DNA of 64,000 bases from an uncultured Candidatus Rokubacteria bacterium (GCA_963754315.1 CAVWFS010000018.1:768001-832000), one strand, 5' to 3'; counted from the stretch's first letter, positions 49,481-61,613 are shown. Translations and numbers: made by a program. The notes: generated from the letters alone by a model not told the origin.

Positions 49481-50548
49481 ATGGCCGAACTCTTCGAGCA
49501 CCTCGATCAGTTACGTAGCTCTCCGGGAAAGGTCGCGGTGGCCACCCTCGTGAATACGCGAGGGACGACGCCGCGAAAGGAAGGCGCCAAGATGGTGGTG
49601 GGCGAGGGCGGGGCCGTCCTCGGATCCGTCACCATCGGAGGCTGCGTCGACGCCCAGGTTATCGAGGAGTCTACGCACGTCCTCGAGACGATGCGGCCCC
49701 GGCTGCTCGAGCTCAACCTTGGCGACGAGGAAGCATGGGAGATCGGGTTGACGTGTGGCGGCACCATCGAAGTATTCCTGGAGCCGGTGCGGCCCGACGA
49801 AGCGGGGCCGGGAGCGGGGCGTCTCTACGAGCGTGTCCGTGCGCTTTCGGCGACAGGCCGGCGCGGAGCGGTGATCACCCGGCTCGACGGGGACGGTGCC
49901 AAGCTTCTCGTCCTCGACGACGGTACTACTGAAGGATCGCTGGGTGAGGCGCTGCTCGATCAGCGATTTGCGGCGGAGGCACGGGTCGCGCTCGACCAGG
50001 GAACCTCGCGCACCCTCATGCTCGAGGACGTCCGCGCCTTCGTGGAGGTGTTTGCTCCGCCCGCGTTACTCCTCGTGGTCGGCGCCAGCCACGTGGCCAT
50101 GCCGCTCGTCAGCCTTGCCAAGATTCTCGGTTACCGCACGGTAGTGATAGACGGTCGGCCGCGCTTCGCGACGCGTGAACGCTTTCCCGACGTCGACGAG
50201 TTGAAGATCGGGGTACCGTCGGAGCTGGTGCGCGAGTACACGCTGACGCCGGCCACCGCCCTCGTTCTCGTCGCCCACGACTACAAGTACGACCTGCCCA
50301 TCCTCCGCGAGGCCCTTGCCACCGACGTCGGCTACGTGGGCATGCTGGGCTCGACCAGACGGGGGGCGGCCATTCTCAAACTCTTGCAAGAGGAGGGCGT
50401 GGCCGACATCCAACTCAAGCGGGTCCGCGTCCCCATCGGCCTCGATTTGGGGGCGCGCAGCGCCCCGGAGATCGCGCTGGCCGTCCTGGCCGAGATCCAG
50501 GCCGTCCGCGGCGGTGGCTCGGGTCAGCCGATGAGCGCCCGCCGATGA
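49481..50548 (+). CDS. XdhC/CoxF-family Moco insertion chaperone
   Basis: GTTPRKEGA, GGCVD, LTCGG, YVGMLGS, PIGLDLG..PEIA. Confidence 0.9.
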   Translation: MAELFEHLDQLRSSPGKVAVATLVNTRGTTPRKEGAKMVVGEGGAVLGSVTIGGCVDAQVIEESTHVLETMRPRLLELNLGDEEAWEIGLTCGGTIEVFLEPVRPDEAGPGAGRLYERVRALSATGRRGAVITRLDGDGAKLLVLDDGTTEGSLGEALLDQRFAAEARVALDQGTSRTLMLEDVRAFVEVFAPPALLLVVGASHVAMPLVSLAKILGYRTVVIDGRPRFATRERFPDVDELKIGVPSELVREYTLTPATALVLVAHDYKYDLPILREALATDVGYVGMLGSTRRGAAILKLLQEEGVADIQLKRVRVPIGLDLGARSAPEIALAVLAEIQAVRGGGSGQPMSARR

Positions 50549-51585
50549 AGGTGCTGGCCGTGCGGCGGGAGGGTGCTCAGGTGACGTCGTTGCGCGATCG
50601 CGTACTCTGCCACGACGTTCGCGACGCAGGGGGCTCCGTCGTCGGGCACAAGGGAGCGAAGGTGTCCGAAGAGTTGGCCGCCACGATCCTGGCCGCTCCC
50701 TGGGACGAGATTCACCTCATCGCGGCGGAGCCGGGCGATCTGCACGAGGAGGACGGCGGGCGGCGACTGGCGCACGCGGTGGTCGGGGAGGGGGTTGAGG
50801 TCAAGGGCTATACGGGTGGCCAGTGGACCCTTGCTGCCAACCGGCGGGGGCTGCTGCGCATCGAGCGGGCCCGCCTTACGGACGTGAACGTCCTGGACGG
50901 GATTTCGGTCTTCACTCTTTTCGACGGGCAGCCCGTGGAGCCGGGGGAGACCGTAGCCAAGGCCAAGGTCACACCGCTCGTCCTCGCCGAGAAGACGATC
51001 GTTGCCGTCGAGGAGATCGCGCGTGTGACCTCGGGACTCCTCAGCGTCCTGGCCTTCCGTCCGGAGTGCATCGGCGTGGTAGCGCGAGAGCGGCTCGAGG
51101 CCCGCCAGCGAACCCGCTTCGAGGCGGCACTGCAAGGAAAGGTTGACTGGTTCGGGGGCCGCCTGCTTGGCATCCGTTACGCCGGTGATTCGGCTGCAGC
51201 AGTAGCGAGCGACCTCAGGTCTCTTCGCGACGACGGGGCTCGTCTGCTCGTCGTGGCCGGGGCCAGCGCGCTCGACCCGCTGGACGCCGTGTTTGGTGGC
51301 CTGAGCTTGGTGGGGGCACGCATGGAGCGCCACGGTGCCCCTGCCCATCCCGGCAGCCTTCTCTGGCTGGCCGATTGGGAAGGACTCCCCGTCCTTGGGA
51401 TGCCAACCTGCGGTATGTTCTCCCAGGCGACGACGTTCGATCTCGTCTTGCCGCGCCTTCTGACCGGCGAAATGATCGACAATCGCGCGCTGGCCGCGCT
51501 CGGGCACGGTGGCCTCCTTTCTCGTGACATGGCCTATCGCTTCCCTCCGTACCGCGCCGGTGTGGTGCGAGGCGAGCTGGAGTGA
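50545..51585 (+). CDS. Molybdopterin-binding-domain protein (MoeA/MogA-like C-terminus)
   Basis: LHEED, DPLD, GAPAHPGSLL, LGMPTC, FDLVLPR, GHGGLL. Confidence 0.75.
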   Translation: MKVLAVRREGAQVTSLRDRVLCHDVRDAGGSVVGHKGAKVSEELAATILAAPWDEIHLIAAEPGDLHEEDGGRRLAHAVVGEGVEVKGYTGGQWTLAANRRGLLRIERARLTDVNVLDGISVFTLFDGQPVEPGETVAKAKVTPLVLAEKTIVAVEEIARVTSGLLSVLAFRPECIGVVARERLEARQRTRFEAALQGKVDWFGGRLLGIRYAGDSAAAVASDLRSLRDDGARLLVVAGASALDPLDAVFGGLSLVGARMERHGAPAHPGSLLWLADWEGLPVLGMPTCGMFSQATTFDLVLPRLLTGEMIDNRALAALGHGGLLSRDMAYRFPPYRAGVVRGELE

Positions 51586-51955
51586 CACCGCCTGCGGTTC
51601 TCTATAGCGACGTGATCCGCGAGCGGTGGCGCCGGCCGCGCTTCCGCGGCGATCTGCCCGACGCCACCGGAGTGGCCGAAGACGTCAACCCTCTGTGCGG
51701 CGATCGTGTTCGAATGTCCGTCCGCGTGGAGGATGGCACGGTCGCTGAGGCTCGCTTCATCGGGGACGCCTGCGCCATCTGCATGGCCTCAGCCGACGTC
51801 ACCGCCGAGCTCGTCCGGGGCCGGTCCACCGCCGAGGCGGAGTCGGTGGACGCGGCAGACGTCCTGGCCGTGCTCCAGGCCGACATCCGTCCAGCCCGCA
51901 TGCGCTGCGTGACGCTTCCCGTGAGCGTGCTCGGCATGGCTCTGGGGAGGGCCCG

Positions 51956-51959
<4 letters not shown>
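51582..51959 (+). CDS. SufU/IscU-like sulfur-transfer scaffold
   Basis: NPLCGD, ACAICMAS, RMRC. Confidence 0.85.
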
Positions 51960-54146
<2,187 letters not shown>

Positions 54147-54156
54147 CGGGGGGGTG

Positions 54157-55509
54157 ATGGAGGGCCCGGCTCCGGCCCCCCGACTCTCCTGGGCGCTCCG
54201 GGCTCCCGGACATCTGCGCTGGGGTCTGATGGTGATCGTGGCCGCCTGGCTGGTGGCGGGGGTGGCCGCCCAGAGCGGCTCGATGGTGGCGACCCTCACG
54301 ATCGATGGCGTGATCAGTCCCGTCACCGTCCGGCTGGTCGAGGCGGCCATCGAGCGGGCGCGCGCAGACGGCGCGCGCGCCCTCGTGATCCAGCTCGACA
54401 CGCCGGGCGGGCTCGAGAAGTCGATGCGGCTGATCGCCCAGCGCATCCTCAACGCGGAGGTACCCGTTGTGGTGTACGTGGCCCCGACGGGGGCGCGCGC
54501 GGCCTCGGCGGGCGTGTTCATCACGCTGGCTGCCCACGTGGCGGCCATGGCCCCTGCCACCAACATTGGCGCTGCCCACCCGGTGGCCATGGGTGGTAAT
54601 GCGGACAAGGAGAGCCTGCGCAAGATCGCCAACGATGCCGCCGCCTTCATTCGGACCATCGCCGCCGAACGCGGGCGCAACGCCGACTGGGCAGAGAAGG
54701 CGGTGCGCGAGTCGGTGTCGATCACCGAACGGGAGGCCCTGCGCCTTCGGGTGATCGACGTGGTGGCCGAGTCGCTGCCGGACCTCCTGGAGAAGATCGA
54801 CGGGCGAACGGTCAAGACCAGCAAGGGGCCGGTGACCTTGGCCACCCGAGGGGCGGTGACGAGACCAATCGAGATCGGCTATCGCGACCGGTTCCTCGCC
54901 ATCATCAGCGATCCCAACGTGGCGTACGTCCTCATGATGCTCGGGGTGCTCGGCCTCTTCTTCGAGCTCTCCAACCCGGGTGTGATCGCACCCGGGGTGA
55001 TCGGGGGCATCTCGCTCATCCTGGCCTTCTATGCCTTCCAGAGCTTGCCCATCAACTTTGCGGGGCTCCTGCTCATCGGCCTCGGCGTGGTCCTCCTGGT
55101 GGCGGAGATCAAGATTGTCAGCCATGGCGTGCTCGCCATCGGCGGCGTCATTGCCATGGCGCTCGGCTCCGTCATGCTGTTTGATGCTCCCGAGGTCAGC
55201 TTCCGGATCTCATGGTGGCTCCTCGTGGTGACCGTGGCCGTGGTGGCGGGGACGTTCGTGGTGACCATGACCGCGGGTGCCCGAGCGCTGCGGCGGCCGC
55301 CGATGCTGGGATCGGCGAGCATGATCGGCACGACTGGCGTGACGCGTGGGCGGCTGGATCCCGTCGGGCCAGTCCACATCCGCGGCGAGATCTGGCGGGC
55401 GGTGACCCCGGGTCCTGCGGTCGAGGAGGGGCAATCTGTGCGCGTGGTGGGGGTGGAGGGCCTCACCCTCAAAGTGGTGAAGGCAGACGAGGAGGGAGGC
55501 GCGGTATGA
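54157..55509 (+). CDS. nfeD: NfeD membrane-bound serine protease (long form)
   Basis: DTPGG, AASAG, GAAHPV, TM bundle, GEIWRA OB-fold. Confidence 0.9.
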   Translation: MEGPAPAPRLSWALRAPGHLRWGLMVIVAAWLVAGVAAQSGSMVATLTIDGVISPVTVRLVEAAIERARADGARALVIQLDTPGGLEKSMRLIAQRILNAEVPVVVYVAPTGARAASAGVFITLAAHVAAMAPATNIGAAHPVAMGGNADKESLRKIANDAAAFIRTIAAERGRNADWAEKAVRESVSITEREALRLRVIDVVAESLPDLLEKIDGRTVKTSKGPVTLATRGAVTRPIEIGYRDRFLAIISDPNVAYVLMMLGVLGLFFELSNPGVIAPGVIGGISLILAFYAFQSLPINFAGLLLIGLGVVLLVAEIKIVSHGVLAIGGVIAMALGSVMLFDAPEVSFRISWWLLVVTVAVVAGTFVVTMTAGARALRRPPMLGSASMIGTTGVTRGRLDPVGPVHIRGEIWRAVTPGPAVEEGQSVRVVGVEGLTLKVVKADEEGGAV

Positions 55510-56333
55510 GCGGCCTGGTCAGTCTGGAATCCGTGCTCTGGCTCTTCGGTCTCGGCGCGCTCCTGTTCGTCTTCTCCTCGATGGTCCGCGTCCTTCGCGA
55601 GTACGAGCGGGCCGTCATCTTTCGTCTCGGCCGCAGTGCCCGGGCCATCTTCAATTTGGGCGGGCAGGGCAATGGACCCGGCGTGGTCTTCTTGCTGCCG
55701 CTGATAGACCGCATGGTCAAGGTGAGCCTGCAGACGGTCGCTCTCGACGTGCCGCCGCAGGACGTCATCACCCGCGACAATGTCTCCATCAAGGTGAGCG
55801 CGGTGATCTATTTCCGCGTGATCGACCCGGAGCGGGCCGTGATCGCGGTGCAAGACTATCTCTACGCGACGTCCCAGATCTCGCAGACCACCCTGCGCAG
55901 CGTGCTGGGCCAGGTCGAGCTGGACGACCTTCTCTCCGCGCGCGACAAGATCAACCAGCAGCTACAGCGGATCATCGACGAGCACACCGAGCCCTGGGGC
56001 ATCAAGGTGGCGACGGTCGAGGTCAAGCAGATCGATCTTCCTCAGGATATGCAGCGGGCGATGGCCAAGCAGGCAGAGGCCGAGCGCGAACGCCGGGCCA
56101 AGGTCATCAACGCCGACGGCGAGTTTCAGGCGGCGGCCAAGCTGTCGGAGGCGGCCGAGGTTCTGACCCGTTTCCCGGTGGCCATCCAGCTTCGCTTCAT
56201 GCAGACCATGCGCGAGATCGCTTCGGAGCGGAGCACGACGACGTTCTTCCCGATCCCCATCGAACTGTTCGGGCCGCTCCTCAACGCTATGAACGCCGGC
56301 CGCCCGCCGTCGGGCTCAACACAGGCGCCGTGA
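55506..56333 (+). CDS. Stomatin/slipin (SPFH) protein
   Basis: [38 protein letters not shown]. Confidence 0.93.
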   Translation: MSGLVSLESVLWLFGLGALLFVFSSMVRVLREYERAVIFRLGRSARAIFNLGGQGNGPGVVFLLPLIDRMVKVSLQTVALDVPPQDVITRDNVSIKVSAVIYFRVIDPERAVIAVQDYLYATSQISQTTLRSVLGQVELDDLLSARDKINQQLQRIIDEHTEPWGIKVATVEVKQIDLPQDMQRAMAKQAEAERERRAKVINADGEFQAAAKLSEAAEVLTRFPVAIQLRFMQTMREIASERSTTTFFPIPIELFGPLLNAMNAGRPPSGSTQAP

Positions 56334-56349
56334 GGGCGTGCCGAGGCGA

Positions 56350-56378
56350 TTGTCAGGCGGCGACCGCTTGGGTAGACT
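56350..56378 (+). promoter_or_regulatory. Sigma-70 promoter of tRNA-Ala
   Basis: TTGTCA-N17-TAGACT. Confidence 0.7.
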
Positions 56379-56395
56379 ACGGACGTTGCCCTGAC

Positions 56396-56471
56396 GGGGG
56401 GTTAGCTCAGTTGGGAGAGCGCGGCGTTCGCAACGCCGAGGTCGAGGGTTCGAATCCCTTACCCTCCACCA
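56396..56471 (+). tRNA. tRNA-Ala(CGC)
   Basis: 76-nt cloverleaf: acceptor GGGGGGT/ACCCTCC with G3:U70, anticodon arm CGGCG-TTCGCAA-CGCCG, TTCGAAT loop, encoded CCA. Confidence 0.97.
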
Positions 56472-56598
56472 CCTACTAGATCATCTGTCCCTGGCCATAG
56501 TGCGACGACTGGCGCATGAAGAATGCCTACCTGCACGGCATGCTGGTCATGAAAACGGTGGCCGGACAGTGCGCCACGCATCCATCACGAGTCTGTTT

Positions 56599-56835
56599 CT
56601 ACGGCGTCGAACCGGATCTCGGGCCGACCCACGTGGTCGCTGGACTGGTCGCGCTTGCGATACGCGTAAGCCACGGTGCCAGGTCGTCGATGCGCCGGTG
56701 GCCGCACCGCGGGCACACCGAGAAGCCCTGGTCGAGTACGATCTCGCAGGAAACGCATATCCGCGCCCGTGCCAAGGGGATGAAGCAAAGGCCGTGAACC
56801 ACTGATTCTCCGTCGTACTCATAGACCATGGGCAT
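56599..56835 (-). CDS. Small hypothetical zinc-ribbon protein (78 aa)
   Basis: GGGAG SD; CVSC-x10-CPRC. Confidence 0.55.
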   Translation of the reverse strand: MPMVYEYDGESVVHGLCFIPLARARICVSCEIVLDQGFSVCPRCGHRRIDDLAPWLTRIASATSPATTWVGPRSGSTP

Positions 56836-56950
56836 GGTTCTTCTCCCGGCCCGTCCGACGTTCCGGGGTAGGGCGCCGCGCGGGGTGCGGCCGCGGGGGA
56901 TGCCACACGACGCTGCCTCGCGCGCTAGAAGATGCCCGGAGTGAGAGCGA

Positions 56951-57067
56951 TCAGGATTTCTTGCCGGCCGGCCTCGGGGGACATGCCTTGTGATACCAGG
57001 TACTGCCAAGCTTGATGTGATTGCCGTTCTTGCGGATCCGCAGCTTGCAGTGAGGACAGGTTCCCAT
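56951..57067 (-). CDS. Zinc-finger microprotein (38 aa)
   Basis: MGTCPHCKLRIRKNGNHIKLGSTWYHKACPPRPAGKKS; purine-rich SD; TGcTATACT extended -10 at 57138-57130. Confidence 0.65.
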   Translation of the reverse strand: MGTCPHCKLRIRKNGNHIKLGSTWYHKACPPRPAGKKS

Positions 57068-57171
57068 CCTCTCACCCCCGTTCCTGATGCGTCTCGCCGA
57101 GCGCTCGAGTGCCCCCGGCAAGGGTTCATAGTATAGCAAGGCCAAAACGTCGCATCCGCTTGGAGGCGCAT

Positions 57172-57507
57172 GTGCCTGATTGCCTGTTTTGTCGGATCGC
57201 GGCCCACGAGAATCCTGCCGACGTGGTCTACGAGGATGAGGCCGTGATCGCCTTTAAGGACATCTACCCGAAGGCACCCGTGCACTTTCTGATCGTCCCC
57301 AAGCGGCACGTCGCGTCCATCATGGATCTCGAGCCGGCCGACGCGGAGCTGATTGGCCGCTGCTTTCTGGTGGCGCGTCAGCTAGGAGAGCTTACCGGCT
57401 TCGCGCAGCGAGGCTATCGAATCAGCGTGAACTGCGGCCCTGAGGGGGGCCAGGTCGTCTACCACATTCATTTTCACTTCACGGCGGGCCGTCATCGCGT
57501 CGGGTAG
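57172..57507 (+). CDS. HIT (histidine triad) nucleotide-binding protein
   Basis: CLFCRI, FKDIYPKAPVH, GQVVYHIHFH. GTG start after GGAGG. Confidence 0.93.
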   Translation: MPDCLFCRIAAHENPADVVYEDEAVIAFKDIYPKAPVHFLIVPKRHVASIMDLEPADAELIGRCFLVARQLGELTGFAQRGYRISVNCGPEGGQVVYHIHFHFTAGRHRVG

Positions 57508-57542
57508 TGACGGCGGCGTGCCGCGCACCCAGGTACTGGCCC

Positions 57543-57584
57543 AAAAGCGGAAGGGCCCCAGGGAGATCCCCTGGGGCCCTTTTT
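57543..57584. terminator. Intrinsic terminator, probably bidirectional
   Basis: 13-bp stem AAGGGCCCCAGGG/CCCTGGGGCCCTT with a T-run on + and AAAA upstream; lies between convergent genes. Confidence 0.85.
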
Positions 57585-57602
57585 GACGTCGACTTCTACG
57601 AC

Positions 57603-58857
57603 TTACTTCAGGGCGGAGATGGCAGCGTCAGCCTTCTCCTTCGCCGTCTTCATGTCGCCGGCCTTGCAAGCCGCCTCGGCGTCCTTGACCATACCGGCGA
57701 TCTTGCTCAGGTCCGTCGCGCCGCTGGGAGCACCAGCCGACGACCGCGGGGCCTGCACATCCTGACCGCGAGGAGCCTGGACATCCTGGCCACGCGGCGC
57801 CTGCACGTTCTGACCACGCGGGGCCTGCACATCCTGACCACGAGGAGCCTGGACATCCTGGCCACGCGGCGCCTGCACATCCTGACCACGCGGGGCCTGC
57901 ACATCCTGACCACGAGGAGCCTGGCACATCCTGACCACGAGGAGCCTGGACATCCTGGCCACGCGGGGCCTGCACATCCTGACCGCGAGGAGCCTGGACA
58001 TCCTGGCCACGCGGGGCCTGCACATCCTGACCGCGAGGAGCCTGGACATCCTGGCCACGCGGGGCCTGCACATCCTGACCGCGAGGAGCCTGGACATCCT
58101 GGCCACGCGGGGCCTGCACATCCTGACCGCGAGGAGCCTGGACATCCTGGCCACGCGGGGCCTGCACATCCTGACCGCGAGGAGCCTGGACATCCTGGCC
58201 ACGCGGCGCTTGCACATCTTGGCTACGCGCACCCGCGAGCGACCGTGGGGCCTGGATATCCTGGCCACGCGGCGCCTGAATGTTCTGCCCACGCGGCGCT
58301 TGCACATCCTGACCGCGAGGAGCCTGGACATCCTGGCCACGCGGCGCTTGCACATCCTGACCGCGAGGAGCCTGGACATCCTGGCCACGCGGCGCTTGCA
58401 CATCCTGACCGCGAGGAGCCTGGACATCCTGGCCACGCGGCGCTTGCACATCCTGACCGCGAGGAGCCTGGACATCCTGGCCACGCGGCGCCTGCACATC
58501 CTGACCGCGAGGAGCCTGGACATCCTGGCCACGCGGCGCCTGGACATCTTGGCTACGGGCGCCTGCTAGAGACCGTGGGGCCTGGACATCCTGGCCACGC
58601 GGCCTGCACTGCACGCGGGCCTGCACATCCTGACCGCGAGGGGCCTGCACATCCTGACCACGAGGGGCCTGCACGTCCTGGCTACGGGCGCCGGCCAGCG
58701 ACCGCGGGGCCTGGACGTCCTGCCCGCGTGCGATGCCGCCCTTCTTGGCCAGCATTTCCTTCGCCTTTGCGACCTCCGGTGGGCAGGCAGCCTCACCCAC
58801 GGGAACAAAGGCAACCATCACCGCCACACTCATGACCGCTGCAAAGAATCTCTTCAT
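57603..58857 (-). CDS. Secreted tandem-repeat protein with about 38 GQDVQAPR units (about 417 aa; +1 frameshift near 57924)
   Basis: GAGGT SD, signal peptide MKRFFAAVMSVAVMVAFVPVGEA, cap ACPPEVAKAKEMLAKK, repeats, C-cap ...DAEAACKAGDMKTAKEKADAAISALK. Span is 418 codons + 1 nt. Confidence 0.88.
57744..58725 (-). repeat. Coding 24-bp tandem repeat with 48-bp higher-order periodicity, interrupted by three 18-bp SLAGAR linkers
   Basis: Blocks of 1, 4 plus a partial, 13 and 20 units. Variation is almost all at synonymous positions. Confidence 0.95.
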
Positions 58858-58988
58858 AATCGACCTCACGACGTCTCTTGGGTGAACTGCAATGACTCCG
58901 CCTCCGTTGACCTCTGGAGCATCAAGTCCAGCCTGTCGCCTCCCGGCACGCTTCTGCCTCCTTGCAACATTGCTTGCCCTGTGATTAG

Positions 58989-59004
58989 GCAAAGAGAGTG
59001 CCAA
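58989..59004 (-). promoter_or_regulatory. Sigma-54 (-24/-12) promoter of the repeat-protein gene
   Basis: TTGGCAC-TCTCT-TTGC with exact GG-N10-GC spacing; AT-rich tract just upstream (about 59020-59055). Confidence 0.85.
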
Positions 59005-59199
59005 GGACCCAGGTAGGGTATAAGCTGTCTAAAAAGATTGAAGTTTATGGATGTTTACCAAGCTGACACGGGACGCCATGCCCGGAGGCGCCGTTGCCGT
59101 CAGCCCGGCATTCTGCCCGTGTCGGTTCGATGACCCCGACCTCCTTCCGAGTAGAGGCTGCGCTGTCCTGACGTTTCGTGTCATTATCGGTCCGCACGG

Positions 59200-59904
59200 A
59201 TGTTTCCGCTGAAGGACGACCTGCCGAGCCGGACGTTTCCGATCAGCACGGCATCCTTGATAGCAGTCAATCTAGCTGTCTTCCTCTATCAAGCTCTCCT
59301 CCACCTCGGGGCAAGCCAAGTTGATCCTGGGGCGAGCGAGGAGTTCGTCCTCGAGTTCGGTCTTGTCCCCTGTCGGCTGGTCCGCTCCTGTGGCTCACCG
59401 ATGGAGTTCCCGCCCCCCATGCTGACGGTGCTCTCGTCAATGTTCCTACACGGCGGGTTGTTGCATGTCGCGGGGAACATGCTCTATCTCTGGATCTTCG
59501 GGAACAATGTCGAGGATACCATCGGCCACGGACGCTTTCTGGCCTTCTACTTCATGGCTGGGGCGGTGGCCGCCCTTACCCAGATTGCCTCTCACCCCGA
59601 GTCGCCCATTCCGATCGTGGGCGCGAGCGGAGCGGTAGCGGGAGTGCTTGGCGCATACCTACTCCTCTTTCCCCGTGCCACTATTCTGACGTTACTCGTC
59701 ATCGGATTCTTCATTCGGCTCGTGCACATGCCTGCCCTCGTCGTACTAGGCTTTTGGTTCGTCATGCAATTCCTGAGCGGGTTCCTGGCGAGGTCCCTGG
59801 CAGAGGTCTCGGACGGGGTCGCGTGGTTTGCCCACATCGGCGGCTTCCTCTCGGGCATGGTCCTCCTAATTCTCCTGCGACCGCGGCGGTTGGCGCGCCT
59901 ATAA
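59200..59904 (+). CDS. Rhomboid intramembrane serine protease
   Basis: MFLHGG..H..GNM, GASGA, AHIGG. Confidence 0.93.
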   Translation: MFPLKDDLPSRTFPISTASLIAVNLAVFLYQALLHLGASQVDPGASEEFVLEFGLVPCRLVRSCGSPMEFPPPMLTVLSSMFLHGGLLHVAGNMLYLWIFGNNVEDTIGHGRFLAFYFMAGAVAALTQIASHPESPIPIVGASGAVAGVLGAYLLLFPRATILTLLVIGFFIRLVHMPALVVLGFWFVMQFLSGFLARSLAEVSDGVAWFAHIGGFLSGMVLLILLRPRRLARL

Positions 59905-59911
59905 TTCCAGC

Positions 59912-60703
59912 ATGCCGCAGCGCGTCCGGATCGATCGTCTGCTCGTCGAGCGGGGTATGATTCCTAGCCGCGAGCGGGCCTCCCGCCGGATCATGGCCGG
60001 CGAGGTGCTTGTCGACGGGCAGCGTGTTGACAAGGTGGGTGCGCTGGTGGCGCCGACCGCCTTCATCGAGCTGGTCGGCCGTCAGCGCTTCGTGAGCCGA
60101 GGAGGCGACAAGCTGGCCCACGCCCTCGAGCACTTCGGGGTCGATGTGAAGGGGCAGGTGTGTCTCGACGTGGGAGCTTCCACGGGAGGATTCACCGATT
60201 GCCTGCTCCAGAAGGGTGCGGTCCGCGTGTACGCGGTAGACGTTGGGACAGCCCAACTCGACGGACGCCTGCGGGCCGACGAGCGCGTGATCGTCATGGA
60301 GAACACCAACGCGCGGACCCTCGATCGTCGGCTCTTCGAGGAGGCGCCTTTCCTGGCCGTGGTCGACGTGGCGTTCATCTCTCTGGAAAGAATCCTCCCG
60401 GCCGTCTTTGGGGTTCTCGCCTCGCGCGGGCAGACCATTGCCCTCGTCAAGCCACAGTTCGAGGTGGGACGGGGGGCCGTCGGCAAGGGCGGGGTGGTGC
60501 GCGACCCTGCCCAGCATCGGGCCGTCGTCGCGCGCCTGGCCCGCTACTCGATCCTTCGCGGCTGGCACGTGCTGGGGGTGACGCCCTCGCCCCTGCGCGG
60601 GCCCAAGGGTAACCGCGAGTTCTTTTTGCATTTGTCCACGCACGGGCGGACGGCAGGGAACCTCGAAACTCTCATCGAGCAGAGCGTGGAAGCGCTGGCA
60701 TGA
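59912..60703 (+). CDS. tlyA: TlyA-family rRNA methyltransferase
   Basis: S4 domain, VSRGGDKL, DVGASTGGFTD, LVKPQFE, GPKGNREF. Confidence 0.95.
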   Translation: MPQRVRIDRLLVERGMIPSRERASRRIMAGEVLVDGQRVDKVGALVAPTAFIELVGRQRFVSRGGDKLAHALEHFGVDVKGQVCLDVGASTGGFTDCLLQKGAVRVYAVDVGTAQLDGRLRADERVIVMENTNARTLDRRLFEEAPFLAVVDVAFISLERILPAVFGVLASRGQTIALVKPQFEVGRGAVGKGGVVRDPAQHRAVVARLARYSILRGWHVLGVTPSPLRGPKGNREFFLHLSTHGRTAGNLETLIEQSVEALA

Positions 60704-61557
60704 AGCGCGTGGGCATCGTGGCGAAAGTGGATGCGGCGGAAGCGCCGGCCGCCTTGGCCCGCCTCGTCGACTGGCTCACTGAGCGGGGTATTGGGGTGGC
60801 CCTCGACAAGGAGACGGGGGCACTGGTGGACAGCGCCACGGTGCCGACTGTCCGCCGGGAGGACCTTCCGGGCCAGGTCGATCTGCTCATTGTGCTTGGG
60901 GGCGACGGCACCCTGCTCTCCATGGCGCGTGCCGTGGGCGAGCTCGGGGTGCCCATCCTGGGCGTGAATCTGGGGGGTCTGGGCTTCCTCACCGCCACGA
61001 CTCGCGACGAGATGATTGCCGCCGTGGAAGCCATGCTGGCGAACGGGATGACCATCGAGGAACGTATGCTCCTCGCCGTGCGTGTTCGGCGGCGTGGTGA
61101 ATGGCTGGCCGAGCACAGCGCCCTCAATGACGCCGTCATCCTCAAGTCGGCCATGAGTCGCATCATCAACCTGTCGGTGTCCGTGGAGGGACGCTACGCC
61201 ACCGCGTACCGGGCAGACGGCCTGATCATCTCCACCCCGACCGGCTCCACCGCCTATTCGCTCTCGGCAGGGGGGCCGATTCTCTTTCCGTTGATGGACG
61301 CCGTACTCTTGACGCCGGTGTGCTCGCACACGCTCACCAATCGGCCCATCGTCCTTCCCGGGCACGACCGCATCGCGGTCACCCTCCGCGGCGCGTCCCA
61401 GGTCATGTTGACCGTCGACGGCCAGGTGGGATTCGAGCTGGAGGAAAACGACACGGTCGAGGTCAGACAGGCGGCGTCTCGCATCCGGCTCGTCCGGTTT
61501 CCCCACAAGGACTTCTTCTCGGTGCTGCGGACGAAACTCAAGTGGGGTGAGCGCTAG
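60700..61557 (+). CDS. nadK: NAD kinase
   Basis: GGDGT, GVNLGGLGFL, LND, STPTGSTAYSLSAGGP. Confidence 0.95.
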   Translation: MKRVGIVAKVDAAEAPAALARLVDWLTERGIGVALDKETGALVDSATVPTVRREDLPGQVDLLIVLGGDGTLLSMARAVGELGVPILGVNLGGLGFLTATTRDEMIAAVEAMLANGMTIEERMLLAVRVRRRGEWLAEHSALNDAVILKSAMSRIINLSVSVEGRYATAYRADGLIISTPTGSTAYSLSAGGPILFPLMDAVLLTPVCSHTLTNRPIVLPGHDRIAVTLRGASQVMLTVDGQVGFELEENDTVEVRQAASRIRLVRFPHKDFFSVLRTKLKWGER

Positions 61558-61613
61558 CCCGTCTCGCGCGAGATACGCGTTGAGCCCCGGGGGGACGCGG
61601 CTAGCATCGGCTG

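Noticed and set aside
56516..56797. 93-aa plus-strand ORF after the tRNA
   Set aside because: It has no SD or recognisable motif and overlaps the better-supported minus-strand zinc-ribbon ORF.
56396..57100. Genomic island or prophage integrated at tRNA-Ala
   Set aside because: No integrase, no visible duplicated tRNA 3' end, and housekeeping genes resume within about 700 bp.
57507..58835. His-rich plus-strand ORF (HPDREEPGHPGHAGPA repeats) as a metal-binding protein
   Set aside because: It is the antisense of the GQDVQAPR gene. Variation is synonymous only in the minus frame, which also has the SD, signal peptide and promoter.
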